A stretch of 64,000 bases of DNA from Octopus bimaculoides (GCF_001194135.2 NC_068994.1:3094717-3158716); one strand, 5' to 3'; shown: positions 1-11,015, counted from the first letter of the stretch. The notes: generated by a model not told the origin, from the letters alone. Numbers and translations are program-made.

Positions 1-17
1 ATGAATATATATATATA

Positions 18-54
<37 letters not shown>

Positions 55-367
55 TATGTATGTAAGAACCAGATAAGTAGACCATATTACAGTGGGGCCA
101 GTAGAAGTGATGTCTCATGGAGGTCAGTATTTATTTATAAATTCCTGTATTTATTGGAAAACTAAATATAAAACAAAGACAAAGAAGAGGAAAAGATGTG
201 GGGGGAGAGTGAGGTGGAGGGGTTGAGGTGGGGGTTTTATGAATGTGGCAGGTATTACCTCTAGAATCTTCTTAATTAATATAATAACTGTGTCGTGTTT
301 GGCATCATCCTCACATACACTTCCTGTTTGGCCCATTTTGCAAATGTTTGTTGATCTTTTTTTTCAC

Positions 368-370
<3 letters not shown>

Positions 371-414
<44 letters not shown>

Positions 415-745
415 TATCACCATCATCACAACGGCCATCATCATGTTCATCACCACCACCATAATCATCATCATCATAACCACCACCAAAACCATCGCAA
501 TCACCACCACCACCACCACCACCACCACCACCATCATCATCATCACCATCATCATCATCATCCAAGCTGTGTCATTATATCACCTTACCAACATATGTGA
601 TGTTCCCTCTACCAGTACCACAAACAACAACCACAAATAATTAATTGCTGTTGCCACCTGCACCACCACCACCACCGCCGCTGCCACCCCAGCCTCCAAC
701 ACCCCAGCCCCACCCCAGCCCCATCCATCCCCCACTCCCATCGTC
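371..745. repeat. Compound (CAT)n/(CAC)n trinucleotide microsatellite
   Basis: Runs of catcatcat and caccaccac are directly visible; they generate poly-I/T/D/M/V ORFs. Confidence 0.9.
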
Positions 746-1188
746 ATCAGTTCCATCAACAACATTCCAGATGCCCGTAAACATCTGTGAAATGCCAGGA
801 AGTGTAAGTGGAGTACAGAAAGAACTGCACTCCCGTAAATAGCAACACTGCACTGTTTTGTGTGCACTTGACTCAACTAGAGCAGCCACTGCAGTATAAT
901 GTGCAGCAGTTGGCCTTTGACCTCATTTCTTACACGCTCTTGCACAGTTATGCTGCACACTTAATGCAACTAAACAATAAAAATTGTACACTCACACATT
1001 GCACTCACACTGACACACTCACACTCACACACAGATTGGAGTGGGGGGATATGTATATGTATGTCTATATACGTGTGTGTGTGTGTGTATGTATATTCAT
1101 ATATATGTGTGTATACATATATATAGAGATGAGAAGAGAGAGCAGGGAAAGAGACAGACAAATAAACAGGTAGATATATCTCTCTCTT

Positions 1189-1275
<87 letters not shown>

Positions 1276-1289
1276 TCATCATCATCATC

Positions 1290-1470
1290 ATTTAACGTTT
1301 GTTGTCCATGCTGGTAAGCTTAGGAGCTGCACCAGACTCCAGTCTGATTTAGCATGGTTTCTACATCTGGATGCCTTTCCTAAAGCCAAACACTCCGAAA
1401 GTGTAACGGGTGTTTTTACATGCCATCGGCGCAGGTACCATGTGGTTGGGAAGCAAGCTTCTTGCCGCTG
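1290..1470. mobile_element. Short dispersed retroposon-type repeat (related copies near 14855-15060, 32925-33060, 37470-37610, and inverted near 60790-60900)
   Basis: Shared motifs ccatgctgg...ttggacag and tttcta..gctggatgcc(c/t)ttcct recur in all copies, usually next to (CAT)n. Confidence 0.6.
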
Positions 1471-3279
1471 CCTTGCTAAAATGAGAGCATCAATAGTGCA
1501 TCTCTCTTCTGGCTCAATAATCTGGGGCTAGTTTAGCCCAAGGGTAACACTGGTCAAACTAACCTTCTTGCCTCAGCAACATTTGACGTGTTGTGACAGA
1601 TTTTCCTCAAGCATCATGTTATTTATCTCCCCTGTTATCACTCACCACCATTGGTCTGAGCCATACATTTTGAGAGATTTTACATTGCTCTGGAGAGAAT
1701 CCAATTTTAGTTCTAAGACTTTCCAGATTAACTGAAGCCTTGTGAACACCACACAAGCTTTAATAAGCCTTGCTTCATGTCCCCTTCCCCTTTTTTGACT
1801 TGATTGATAAGGCTTCCTAAATATGTGAAGTCCTTCCACATAGTTTCTCATCCTTAATGATATGTGTAGGACTGTTAGAGTTTATGAACATGTGTTTTTT
1901 GAGGGGCTGATGTTAAGATTTATCTACTTTACATAATTGTTCAACCAGTCAGTTATCTCCTGTTGAGATATGCAAACATACACCTTCTTCTTGTCTGTTT
2001 TTAAGGAAAAATCAAAGACATGGTTTTTTAATGTTAATGTTTATTCGAAATTATTCTTTTATATGTTCTACAGTTAAATATAAATGAAAAGAAACAGTTA
2101 TATCATAACCACTTTACTGAGAACAACAACAACAACAACAACAACAGCAGCAAAAACAATTGAACAAATAACATGAAAAAAATACTTAAATTTTTATTAA
2201 AATTCAAAAGTACAATTTCATTGAAAATTAAAAATCAGATACAGTTATAATTATAATTACAATTAATGATTTTCAAAAAGGGAAAATAATCACAAAACTA
2301 CCCAACCACTTTGCTTTGTTGCTTTATTATGGACGATTTTGTATTTAAAATAGTTCTTAGCCCTGACAGCAGGGGGCAGCACAGTCAAATGTTGACAAGA
2401 TGAAAGAAGAAATATTACAAAAGATGATGACTTCCTTTAAGGTTATGGATCATTTGTTTTATTGTAAGATCAGGGATTAAATTGGATTAAAAGCATCAAT
2501 GGTAAAAGACCAAAGGCTTAAGAAGATACAATCAATTAAGAACAGGGAAGGTTTAAGGTGTCATCCTAACCCCTGAAATATTTCTGAGAATGAAGTCAGG
2601 GAGACCTGAAAGTCAGTTAATGCTTTCAGATCCAATCGGGGCTAATTGGAAGCTCTGATGACACCATGGGCAGTTACCTGGAGCACAATGAGCCAGGGAG
2701 GACTACATCATAGGTTTGTCATCTCTAAAAATACAAAGAAAAACAAATGGGAAAATAAAATTAAAACAAAATGTGAAAATTCATGAGGAAAAATTCCTGT
2801 AAAGGGGTCACGATTCAATTAGTCCAAGGAACCATCAATCTTAGCACCAAACCTGAGTACAGTTACCAAAATTTATCATTATTAAACATGGTCAGTAATA
2901 TCTTCACATCATTACCTCTGCTGCCATCTCAGCGAAACCATATTTCCTGATCAATTGGCTACTTCAGGGGACAATAATCCATTCCACTCCCTAGGAGTCC
3001 ACTCTTTTCTAACAAAAGGCTTCAACTTTCAGCTCCTTCACACACACACACACTTGCACCCCCACCAAATTCTGTAATTGCATTTGTTTATGCTGATGTT
3101 TGGGTACAAATCATTGCAATCATTCATTATTTTATTTCAATTATTGATTTTTTATATCAATAACAAGAAGCAAATATTTCTCGCACTGCCATCATGACTG
3201 AATGTATTCTTTGTGGCTCTCTCTGGACTTTTTGATATGTGTAAACGAGAAATAGGGTTTGTAGGAATTAAGTATAATG

Positions 3280-3433
3280 AAGTTATCACAACCAAGAGTG
3301 GAAAGCTGAAAGTTTTCATGATAATCTGACCCATAATCTACTCCCAATACTCCTGATTTAATCTCACTGGACTACTATGTCTGGGGCATTGTTGAGAGAG
3401 AGACCAACAAGCATGCTCACAATACCCAAGGAC
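3280..3433 (+). mobile_element. Tc1/mariner (maT/DD37D-like) transposase fragment, 5' part
   Basis: Translates as ...PNTPDLISLDYYVWGIVERETNKHAHNT, matching the SPDLNPLDY.VWG motif around the third catalytic Asp. Confidence 0.75.
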
Positions 3434-3520
3434 GGCTTGTGTAGTATCGATGTGTTATGTACTCACTGAAATGTAGTATTATTGGTCGCAGTTCAGATTT
3501 TCGGCTGCTGTTGTTCTTAC

Positions 3521-3532
3521 TCGGGGTCACCA
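3521..3532 (-). promoter_or_regulatory. Primer binding site complementary to the tRNA-Trp 3' end
   Basis: Minus strand reads TGGTGACCCCGA, 2 nt after the LTR terminal CA; metazoan tRNA-Trp ends ...TCGGGGTCA-CCA. Confidence 0.75.
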
Positions 3533-3534
3533 AT

Positions 3535-3958
3535 TGTAGGGAAGAGGTTATACACCATTAGGTGTACTCCGCTTCCGTACATAAAATTTCTAGAAGAAAC
3601 AACGGAACGCAGATTCTGAACAACACAACAATATTTATTTACAGTGGAATTCGGCTCATGCTTAGAGGGAATTCGGTAGCTCTTCGCCTTCGGTTACTGA
3701 GACGCCTTCTGAATGAAGTTCGTGGTTATTTGTGAAACTCTGGTGCTGAGATGTGAGAGAGCTCTGTGGGACGTCTCGACACGACGAAGATCAGTGAACG
3801 AAGAGGCTGAGAAAAGGCACGAACACTTGGGTGTCGAACTCTATGCATGTGCATGAGACTCTTCCTGTATTCCTTCCGGAACTAGTCCCTGCGCATGCGT
3901 GGATAAAACTCCGGACATTGAACATATAACAGTCGTCTGCTATAAAAGCGTCACTACA
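3535..3958 (-). mobile_element. LTR of a Gypsy-type LTR retrotransposon (424 bp)
   Basis: Minus strand starts TGTAGTG and ends CCCTACA (TG...CA short inverted termini). AATAAA lies about 100 nt from the 3' end, a PBS follows directly, and CpG content is above the flanks. Confidence 0.7.
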
Positions 3959-4025
3959 GACTCGTTAACGTCTGCTATTGAGTATGTTATGGCCATCACG
4001 AATAAAGATTGCCTGTTCGATGCAT
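3959..4025 (+). mobile_element. maT-like transposase fragment, continuation after the LTR insertion
   Basis: DSLTSAIEYVMAITNKDCLFDA continues the HNT(K)DSL..AI..VM..NKD pattern interrupted at 3433. Confidence 0.6.
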
Positions 4026-4270
4026 CCTTCATTTCATCCTTCATTTTCAATCTTCCACAAAAATCTGTCTGGCCTTGGAGAAATGTTTCCACACTTTTAC
4101 AGCAGGATGTCTTTCTTGTTGCCAACCCCTAGGGTCATCTCTTATGACACACAGGGACATTTCTAAAAGGGGCCACAGTATACCACTTCTACAAACCAGG
4201 ACACACACTTCATATAACAACAGTTCATAGCCACATGAAAAAGGTTCCATATTTCTACACACAGATATTC

Positions 4271-4400
4271 TGCCGAGGTTGACTTTGCCTTTCATCCTTT
4301 CATGATCAAAGATACAAGTACCAGTTGAATGCTGGGGTTGAATGCTGGACTTACCCCTCCCTCAAAATTGCTGGCCTTGTGCCAAAATTTGAAAGCAATA
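4271..4400 (+). mobile_element. tRNA-type SINE, family A (partial)
   Basis: gccgaggttgactttgcctttcatcctttc...agtaccag...ggccttgtgccaaaatttgaaa core is shared with more than 8 copies in the window. Confidence 0.75.
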
Positions 4401-4679
4401 TTTTTTTACACACAGAACAATTTATATACACTCAAAGTGAGTGTATATACTTAAACACAATGAGAGTATATATTCACACACACAGAGTAAACATGATTAT
4501 ACTCTGTATAAATAGAGTCCCTTGGATATAAACTAGATTGATAAATGCACAACAAACAGGTTTGTTCATGTTGGCGATACTTACCAATTAGCTTGCTTCC
4601 TTTATCAATATTACCTTTAAATGATTGTTAACACTATAACTACTGGCATCAATACTACGACGAACACTACCACAAATAT

Positions 4680-5040
4680 CACCACCACCACCACCACCAC
4701 CACCACCACCACCACNNNNNNNNNNNNNNNNNNNNNNNNNNNNNNNNNNNNNNNNNNNNNNNNNNNNNNNNNNNNNNNNNNNNNNNNNNNNNNNNNNNNN
4801 NNNNNNNNNNNNNNATCCCCACCACCACAATCACCACCACCACCACCACTGCTACCACCATCCCCATCACCACCTCCAACACTGCTACCACCAGCCCCAT
4901 CACTACCACCATTACCTTCACAACCACCACCACCACTGTTGCCAGCACCATCCCTGTCACCACCCCTGTTACCTTCACTACCATCACCACCATCACCACA
5001 ACCTCCACCACCACCACTGCTACCACCATACTGCCACCAC
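4680..5040. repeat. (CAC)n and degenerate CAC/CAT repeat spanning an assembly gap (N 4716-4814)
   Basis: Directly visible. Confidence 0.9.
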
Positions 5041-5394
5041 AACCATTGTTTGAGGCCCAGTCCAATTCTTCTGACAAGTTCTTCCTGTTTGAAAGAAACT
5101 GTTATCAATATTCATTTTATTGCTGATGTTGTTCATGTTGATGATAATGTTGTCATTGATGATAATGTTGTCATTGATGATAATGTTGCTGTCTGGTTAT
5201 AGGTTAATGTTGCTGTTGCTGTTGCTGTTGTTGTTTTATTAATGGGTTCTAATCATTTTGATAAAAAACCATTAGAATTGATGATTGTTTGGCGTGTTGT
5301 TGTAGCAACAAAAATAACCGCTAAAACAACAACAGCAACAACAAATGTTGCAACAGCAAATGCATCAATTAAGGCAACATTGCAAGGGTAAAGA

Positions 5395-5508
<114 letters not shown>

Positions 5509-5538
5509 AATAATAATGATGATGATGATGATGATGAT

Positions 5539-5788
5539 AAGCAGTTGTGGTCAATGAAAAAGGTGGTAGTAGTACCAGTAATTGTCGGAGCCCTGGGAAC
5601 AGTGAGTAAAAATCTCGAGAAGTACGTGGAAGAAATAGGGGCTGCAATAAGGGTGGAGCACTTGCAGAAAACAGCACTCGAATACTCCGGAAGGTGCTCG
5701 AAAAATAAGGGGTGTTACCTGAGTTCACCGGTAGTGAACAGCTGACACTGTAGTATATCTCCAGCATTAGAAGCTGTGCAAAGGCAAT
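5539..5788 (+). mobile_element. 3' end of an RLE-type non-LTR retrotransposon (R4/Dong-like) embedded in (AAT)n/(GAT)n
   Basis: LWSMKKVVVVPVIVGALGTVSKNLEKYVEEIG...LQKTAL is the typical C-terminus of restriction-like-endonuclease LINEs. Roughly 88% identical by eye to the inverted copy at 17802-18168. Confidence 0.7.
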
Positions 5789-5820
5789 GATGATGATGAT
5801 GGTGATGATAATGATAGTAA

Positions 5821-6034
5821 TCTTTTCTACTATTGGCACAAGGCCTGGAATTTGTGGGGAGGAGGATAGATAATTACATCGACCCCAGTACTTGACTGGT
5901 ACTTAATTTATCAACCCCAAAAGGATGAAAGGCAAAGTCGACCTCGGCGGAATTTGAACTCAGAGCACAACAGCAGACAAAATACTGCTAAGCATTTTGC
6001 CCGACATGCTAACGATTCTGCCAGCTTGTTGCCC
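5821..6034 (-). mobile_element. tRNA-type SINE, family A (near full length)
   Basis: Reverse complement has a ctggcagaatcgttagc head, a ctgagttcaaattcc B-box-like motif, a gtcgactttgcctttcatcc core and a tail ending in (ATT/GAT)n. Confidence 0.85.
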
Positions 6035-6036
6035 TA

Positions 6037-6068
<32 letters not shown>

Positions 6069-6227
6069 TAATAATAAAAATAATAATAATATATTGTTTT
6101 GTCTTGGTATAAAAGGTGGGCTACAGCTAATATTCTGCTCAACACCACAGATATGCATGTCATTTGTTTGTCCTTAACCAGTTGAGCATGTCCCTTGGTG
6201 GCTGACAGTATGTGCATCTCTGATCAC

Positions 6228-6279
<52 letters not shown>

Positions 6280-6384
6280 TATCACCTTCACAAGATTAAT
6301 AAATTGTCATGTGACTAATATGAAAGAGAATGAATATAATAAATGTGAAAGAAGAAAATTTTTTGCTTCCAAATTAATTTGATG

Positions 6385-6409
6385 TTTCTTTTTCTTCTTC
6401 TTCTTTCAG
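6385..6409 (+). promoter_or_regulatory. Splice acceptor 44 nt upstream of the protocadherin-1 ATG (implies an upstream non-coding exon)
   Basis: tttctttttcttcttcttctttcAG|g is a long pyrimidine tract ending in CAG at 6407-6409. Confidence 0.65.
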
Positions 6410-6453
6410 GGCCTGTAGATATATTTCTTTGAAGACCAGTGTCTGCAACTGCT

Positions 6454-9435
6454 ATGCATGAGGCTATGTTAGCGGAGCTGTTATTACTTTTTCTCCTGCT
6501 GCATAACTCATCCTGCACAGACCTTTCCTACAATGTAGCAGAAGAGAAACGCCCTGGGACGTTGATTGGTGACATCGCTCAAGACACCCACTTCCATGAC
6601 CAGTTCTCTGCCCAAGATCACAGCCAGATCACTTTTAGTCAGCTTCATGTAGGTTCATCAGAAAATTTTGAGCTTTTTAACATTTCCAAGACAGGAAAGC
6701 TTTACACGGTTAAAAGGTTGGATGCTGAAGCCCTTTGCATATATGCCACAGATTGTTTCAGGATTCTAAAATGTGTGATCCATCAAGAGGAAGCGTTTGT
6801 TAAAATATTAAAAATAAAAGTTAGTATAGAAGACATAAACGATCACAAACCAGAGTTTCCCGAGAGTCAAGTAGACCTTTGGTTCTCGGAAACTGATGGA
6901 AGGGGCACAAAGCGATCGATATCCAATGCTATAGATAGAGATGTGGGTATCTTAACTTCCAAAATTACATACGAACTTAGTAAAGATGTAGACGAACCAT
7001 TTTCATTGACAGTTTCAAAAAGAGTTGACGGCCGGGCCAAACTTGAGATTATCCTCGATGAAAAGTTAGATAGGGAAGTGAGAGACCAATATTCTTTAGA
7101 AGTTATTGCCAAAGATGAAGGATACCCACCACAACAAAGTAGTTTAAGGGTCCAAATATCCATTTCAGATGTTAACGACAACTCACCCATTTTCTCACAA
7201 AATGTTTATAATGTTTCCATTAAAAAATCCCACCCAAGGTCCATACCAGTTGTAACTCTCTCTGCAACAGATCTAGATGCAGGTGAGAACAGTCGAATAT
7301 TTTACCGTTTTAGTTCTCAGACTTCCAATATTGCCAAAGACTATTTTGATTTGAATGAAATGTCAGGGGAAATCTTCCTGCGGAGAAGATTCCCATCAAG
7401 ACAAATACTAACCTATAAATTATTTGTAGATGTCATCGATGGCGGAAATCCTCCCCTAAGTTCCACTGCTGTTGTATTTGTAAATGTTATCAACCAACAA
7501 AATAAAACTCCCCGTATTGACGTTAAATTCCTCACTTCACAATCCGAAAACTCTGCAACAATCTCAGAAGCCATTAAGGTAGGAAGTTTCATTGCCTATG
7601 TGATAATTATTGACGATGATATTGGCCAAAACGGAGAGATTTCTTGTGAACTTAACCATGATAAATTCCAACTACAGATTTTAGGCTCAAAAGAATACCA
7701 GGTAATTGCTAAAAATCCCATAGACCGAGAAGAACAAGACCATTTTGAGTTTTCTATAATATGTCAAGACAAAGGGACGCCTCCATTGAAGGCAGAACGT
7801 AAGTTTTCAATCCAAGTGACAGACGTCAATGATGTGAGACCAGAATTTACAAAAGATACATTCAAGTTCCTCTCTTATGAGAACCAGGCTCCAAATTTCC
7901 CAGTTGGTTTTGTCAATGCTACTGATCCTGATTTAGATTCTGGAGGTGAACTCCACTATTTCATGTCTGAGAAAGATGAAAATACCCTTCCTTTTCAAAT
8001 ATCAGAAAATGGGTTAATCACCACTAAAGGCTCAATAGACCGAGAAACTAAAGAATTATATGAATTTCCAGTGTTTGTCCGAGACAATGGAAGACCTTCA
8101 CTGAACACTTCTGCCAATGTTGTTGTGGAAGTGATGGATGAAAATGATAATGCACCTTTCTTTACTTTTCCAAGTGAGAATCCTGCAGTTATGGAGGTCT
8201 ACTATGAACCACAAAGTAGCAACAATATCACTTTTCTGAAAGCTTTCGATAATGACAGTCCAAGAAATGCCTTCCTTCAGTTTGAAATTGTTGGAGGCAA
8301 TGAAAGAGATTTGTTTGCGCTTGATTCTTATAATGGTTTGTTGTCTTTCACACGGGATGTTTACCGAAATGATGCTGGTTCCTATGACCTACAGTTCCTC
8401 GTCAAAGACAGTGGCATTCCCGTTCTGTCATCAACAACAACACTAACTTTAATCCTAAGTGTCAGCAATGACACACAGGAAATGATCATGCATCAGCGAA
8501 CACAGCCGAGCGACAGAATCCATCTCAATTTGGTCATAGTTATTGTACTGCTTTCTGTGATAATAGCCATATCAATATCGATCTCGTTAACAGTTTGTAT
8601 TATTCAGTGGAAAAACCAATCCAAAGCACCAGAAAGTGGACGAGTCAGCCCAACAATAAAACAAGCAGCTGAACAAAGTCTTTTGAATTATTCTGCTGAG
8701 CAAGAAATATTCCATACAGATCCGCAAGTAAACAGAAGGTCTTCAGAACAACAGAGTCTCAGTAATTCCACTCTATCCAGGAGACACAGCAATGAACGTA
8801 GTTCAGCAGAGATGTCTATACAAGAACAAAAAATAATTATTCCTGAACAGAAGATGACTCCAGAACAAATAGAAGCTGCGAATAGAAGAACATCGGAACA
8901 AAAGAAGAGGTTCATCAATCCACCAACACGGAGAACGAGTGTTTTAGAAGGAGATATTCTGCCACATGAACAAAAGATTGCGCTCAAAGAAAAAGCAGTT
9001 CAACGTGACAATCGCAAAGTTGAACTTCCGACCAAAAAGATTCCGGAAAAGAAGAAAGGCAAAGCGAGACGTCATAAAAAAGAACCGATTATTATTTGTG
9101 CTAAAAGCAATGAACCCTTAATCAAAAAGACTGCAGTGATGGCAGCTGATACGGCAGTAACCCCACCACCGCTAGTTTTAGATAACACACCCACATCGTC
9201 TCTGAAATCAAACGCAACAGCAACATCTTCTGGGAAATCATCTAGTACTACCGCCACATCATCACTCAAGTCCAATGCAACTGCGACATCATCTCTGCAG
9301 TCAGATACAATATCTTCAATGAAGTCGAATGCAACAGACCGAAGTGATCCATGCTCAAGTATGCCAAAAGGTGCATTCTATCATGTCCTTTATGCATCAG
9401 AAGAAAAACCTCCATTGGATGACAAGCAAACGTGA
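6454..9435 (+). CDS. PCDH: Protocadherin (family level): signal peptide, 6 cadherin repeats, TM helix, ~275-aa cytoplasmic tail; CDS uninterrupted
   Basis: First ATG at 6454 (alternative 6466) with a hydrophobic leader LAELLLLFLLL. EC motifs DINDHKPEF, LDRE, DVNDNSPIF, IDRE, DVNDVRPEF and DENDNAPFF. EC1 has C-x5-C. TM is LVIVIVLLSVIIAISISISLTVCII. TGA at 9433-9435. Confidence 0.95.
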   Translation: MHEAMLAELLLLFLLLHNSSCTDLSYNVAEEKRPGTLIGDIAQDTHFHDQFSAQDHSQITFSQLHVGSSENFELFNISKTGKLYTVKRLDAEALCIYATDCFRILKCVIHQEEAFVKILKIKVSIEDINDHKPEFPESQVDLWFSETDGRGTKRSISNAIDRDVGILTSKITYELSKDVDEPFSLTVSKRVDGRAKLEIILDEKLDREVRDQYSLEVIAKDEGYPPQQSSLRVQISISDVNDNSPIFSQNVYNVSIKKSHPRSIPVVTLSATDLDAGENSRIFYRFSSQTSNIAKDYFDLNEMSGEIFLRRRFPSRQILTYKLFVDVIDGGNPPLSSTAVVFVNVINQQNKTPRIDVKFLTSQSENSATISEAIKVGSFIAYVIIIDDDIGQNGEISCELNHDKFQLQILGSKEYQVIAKNPIDREEQDHFEFSIICQDKGTPPLKAERKFSIQVTDVNDVRPEFTKDTFKFLSYENQAPNFPVGFVNATDPDLDSGGELHYFMSEKDENTLPFQISENGLITTKGSIDRETKELYEFPVFVRDNGRPSLNTSANVVVEVMDENDNAPFFTFPSENPAVMEVYYEPQSSNNITFLKAFDNDSPRNAFLQFEIVGGNERDLFALDSYNGLLSFTRDVYRNDAGSYDLQFLVKDSGIPVLSSTTTLTLILSVSNDTQEMIMHQRTQPSDRIHLNLVIVIVLLSVIIAISISISLTVCIIQWKNQSKAPESGRVSPTIKQAAEQSLLNYSAEQEIFHTDPQVNRRSSEQQSLSNSTLSRRHSNERSSAEMSIQEQKIIIPEQKMTPEQIEAANRRTSEQKKRFINPPTRRTSVLEGDILPHEQKIALKEKAVQRDNRKVELPTKKIPEKKKGKARRHKKEPIIICAKSNEPLIKKTAVMAADTAVTPPPLVLDNTPTSSLKSNATATSSGKSSSTTATSSLKSNATATSSLQSDTISSMKSNATDRSDPCSSMPKGAFYHVLYASEEKPPLDDKQT

Positions 9436-9539
9436 AAATTAATCTGACCGCAAAGTTCAGGTCATTTGGTGAAAATCAATTAAAAGAGGTCAATATACTT
9501 GACCCTTAAACTTGACAACATACTCTAGCAAAATATGTT

Positions 9540-9564
9540 TGAACTGTATATATATATGTGTCTG

Positions 9565-9596
<32 letters not shown>

Positions 9597-9814
9597 TATA
9601 CACACACACACATGTATGTATGTATATACATATGTATATATATATATATATNNNNNNNNNNNNNNNNNNNNNNNNNNNNNNNNNNNNNNNNNNNATATAT
9701 ATACATATATACATATATATATACATATATATACATATATATACTTATATACATATATATACACATACACATATATATACATATAACTATATTTGAACTC
9801 TATAACTATGTACC

Positions 9815-9847
<33 letters not shown>

Positions 9848-11015
9848 CAAAGTGGATATAAATATTATATATGTGTGCATGTATGGGTGACTTTGATCAT
9901 GTGTGTGTATAGGTGTGCATGTATATATGTATATAAACACACACACATACATATGTGTGTGTGTGTGTGTGTGTGCATGCATACATGCACCCACACACAA
10001 CACATACATATGCATATATACAAATACACACACATATACATACATATATACACTTTTCCATATATCTTTACAGACATAAACACATACACACTCACATACA
10101 CATAGACACACACACATGTCCCCATTGACATCATGCAGATATGCACACAAGAGTTTCATATAGTTCTCTCTTTAAACTTCACACTTGGGTCGACTTGGCT
10201 TCATCCAAAAACAAAAAATATTGAAAGCCAACTGAGACTTCTGAAATGAATGGAAAGGTGCGGAAGAATAGGTGGGGGGAAAGGGGGATAGTTTTGAAAG
10301 AGAGAGAGAGAGTGTGTGTGTGTGTGTAAGGGGTGACTGTATGTACAAATGGGAAAAGAGAGGTGAGCGTGTGTACATGCGTGTGTGTGTGTGCATGCAT
10401 GTGCATATATGTGTGCGTATGTGTGTGTATGTGTGCATATAATTGTGTGTAAATATTTCAAAAATGATAATGATCATCAAAGAAAGACTGAGTGAGTTTT
10501 AAAATAAAATTATGATATCCACAGGGAGGCCCTAACAGAAAATATATTATATATATATATAATATATATGTATATANNNNNNNNNNNNNNNNNNNNNNNN
10601 NNNNNNNNNNNNNNNNNNNNNNNNNNNNNNNNNNNNNNNNNNNNNNNNNNNNNNNNNNNNNNNNNNNNNNNNNNNNNNNNNNNNNNNNNNNNNNNNNNNN
10701 NNNNNNNNNNNNNNNNNNNNNNNNNNNNNNNNNNNNNNNNNNNNNNNNNNNNNNNNNNNNNNNNNNNNNNNNNNNNNNNNNNNNNNNNNNNNNNNNNNNN
10801 NNNNNNNNNNNNNNNNNNNNNNNNNNNNNNNNNNNNNNNNNNNNNNNNNNNNNNNNNNNNNNNNNNNNNNNNNNNNNNNNNNNNNNNNNNNNNNNNNNNN
10901 NNNNNNNNNNNNNNNNNNNNNNNNNNNNNNNNNNNNNNNNNNNNNNNNNNNNNNNNNNNNNNNNNNNNNNNNNNNNNNNNNNNNNNNNNNNNNNNNNNNN
11001 NNNNNNNNNNNNNNN

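Noticed and set aside
6439-6453. ORF-track start at GTG 6439
   Set aside because: Eukaryotic gene; the ATG at 6454 or 6466 gives a normal signal peptide.
6867-9275. Antisense ORFs inside the protocadherins (also 38439-39583, and 54648-54881 inside the Fem-1-like gene)
   Set aside because: Short shadow frames of real CDSs with no independent signals.
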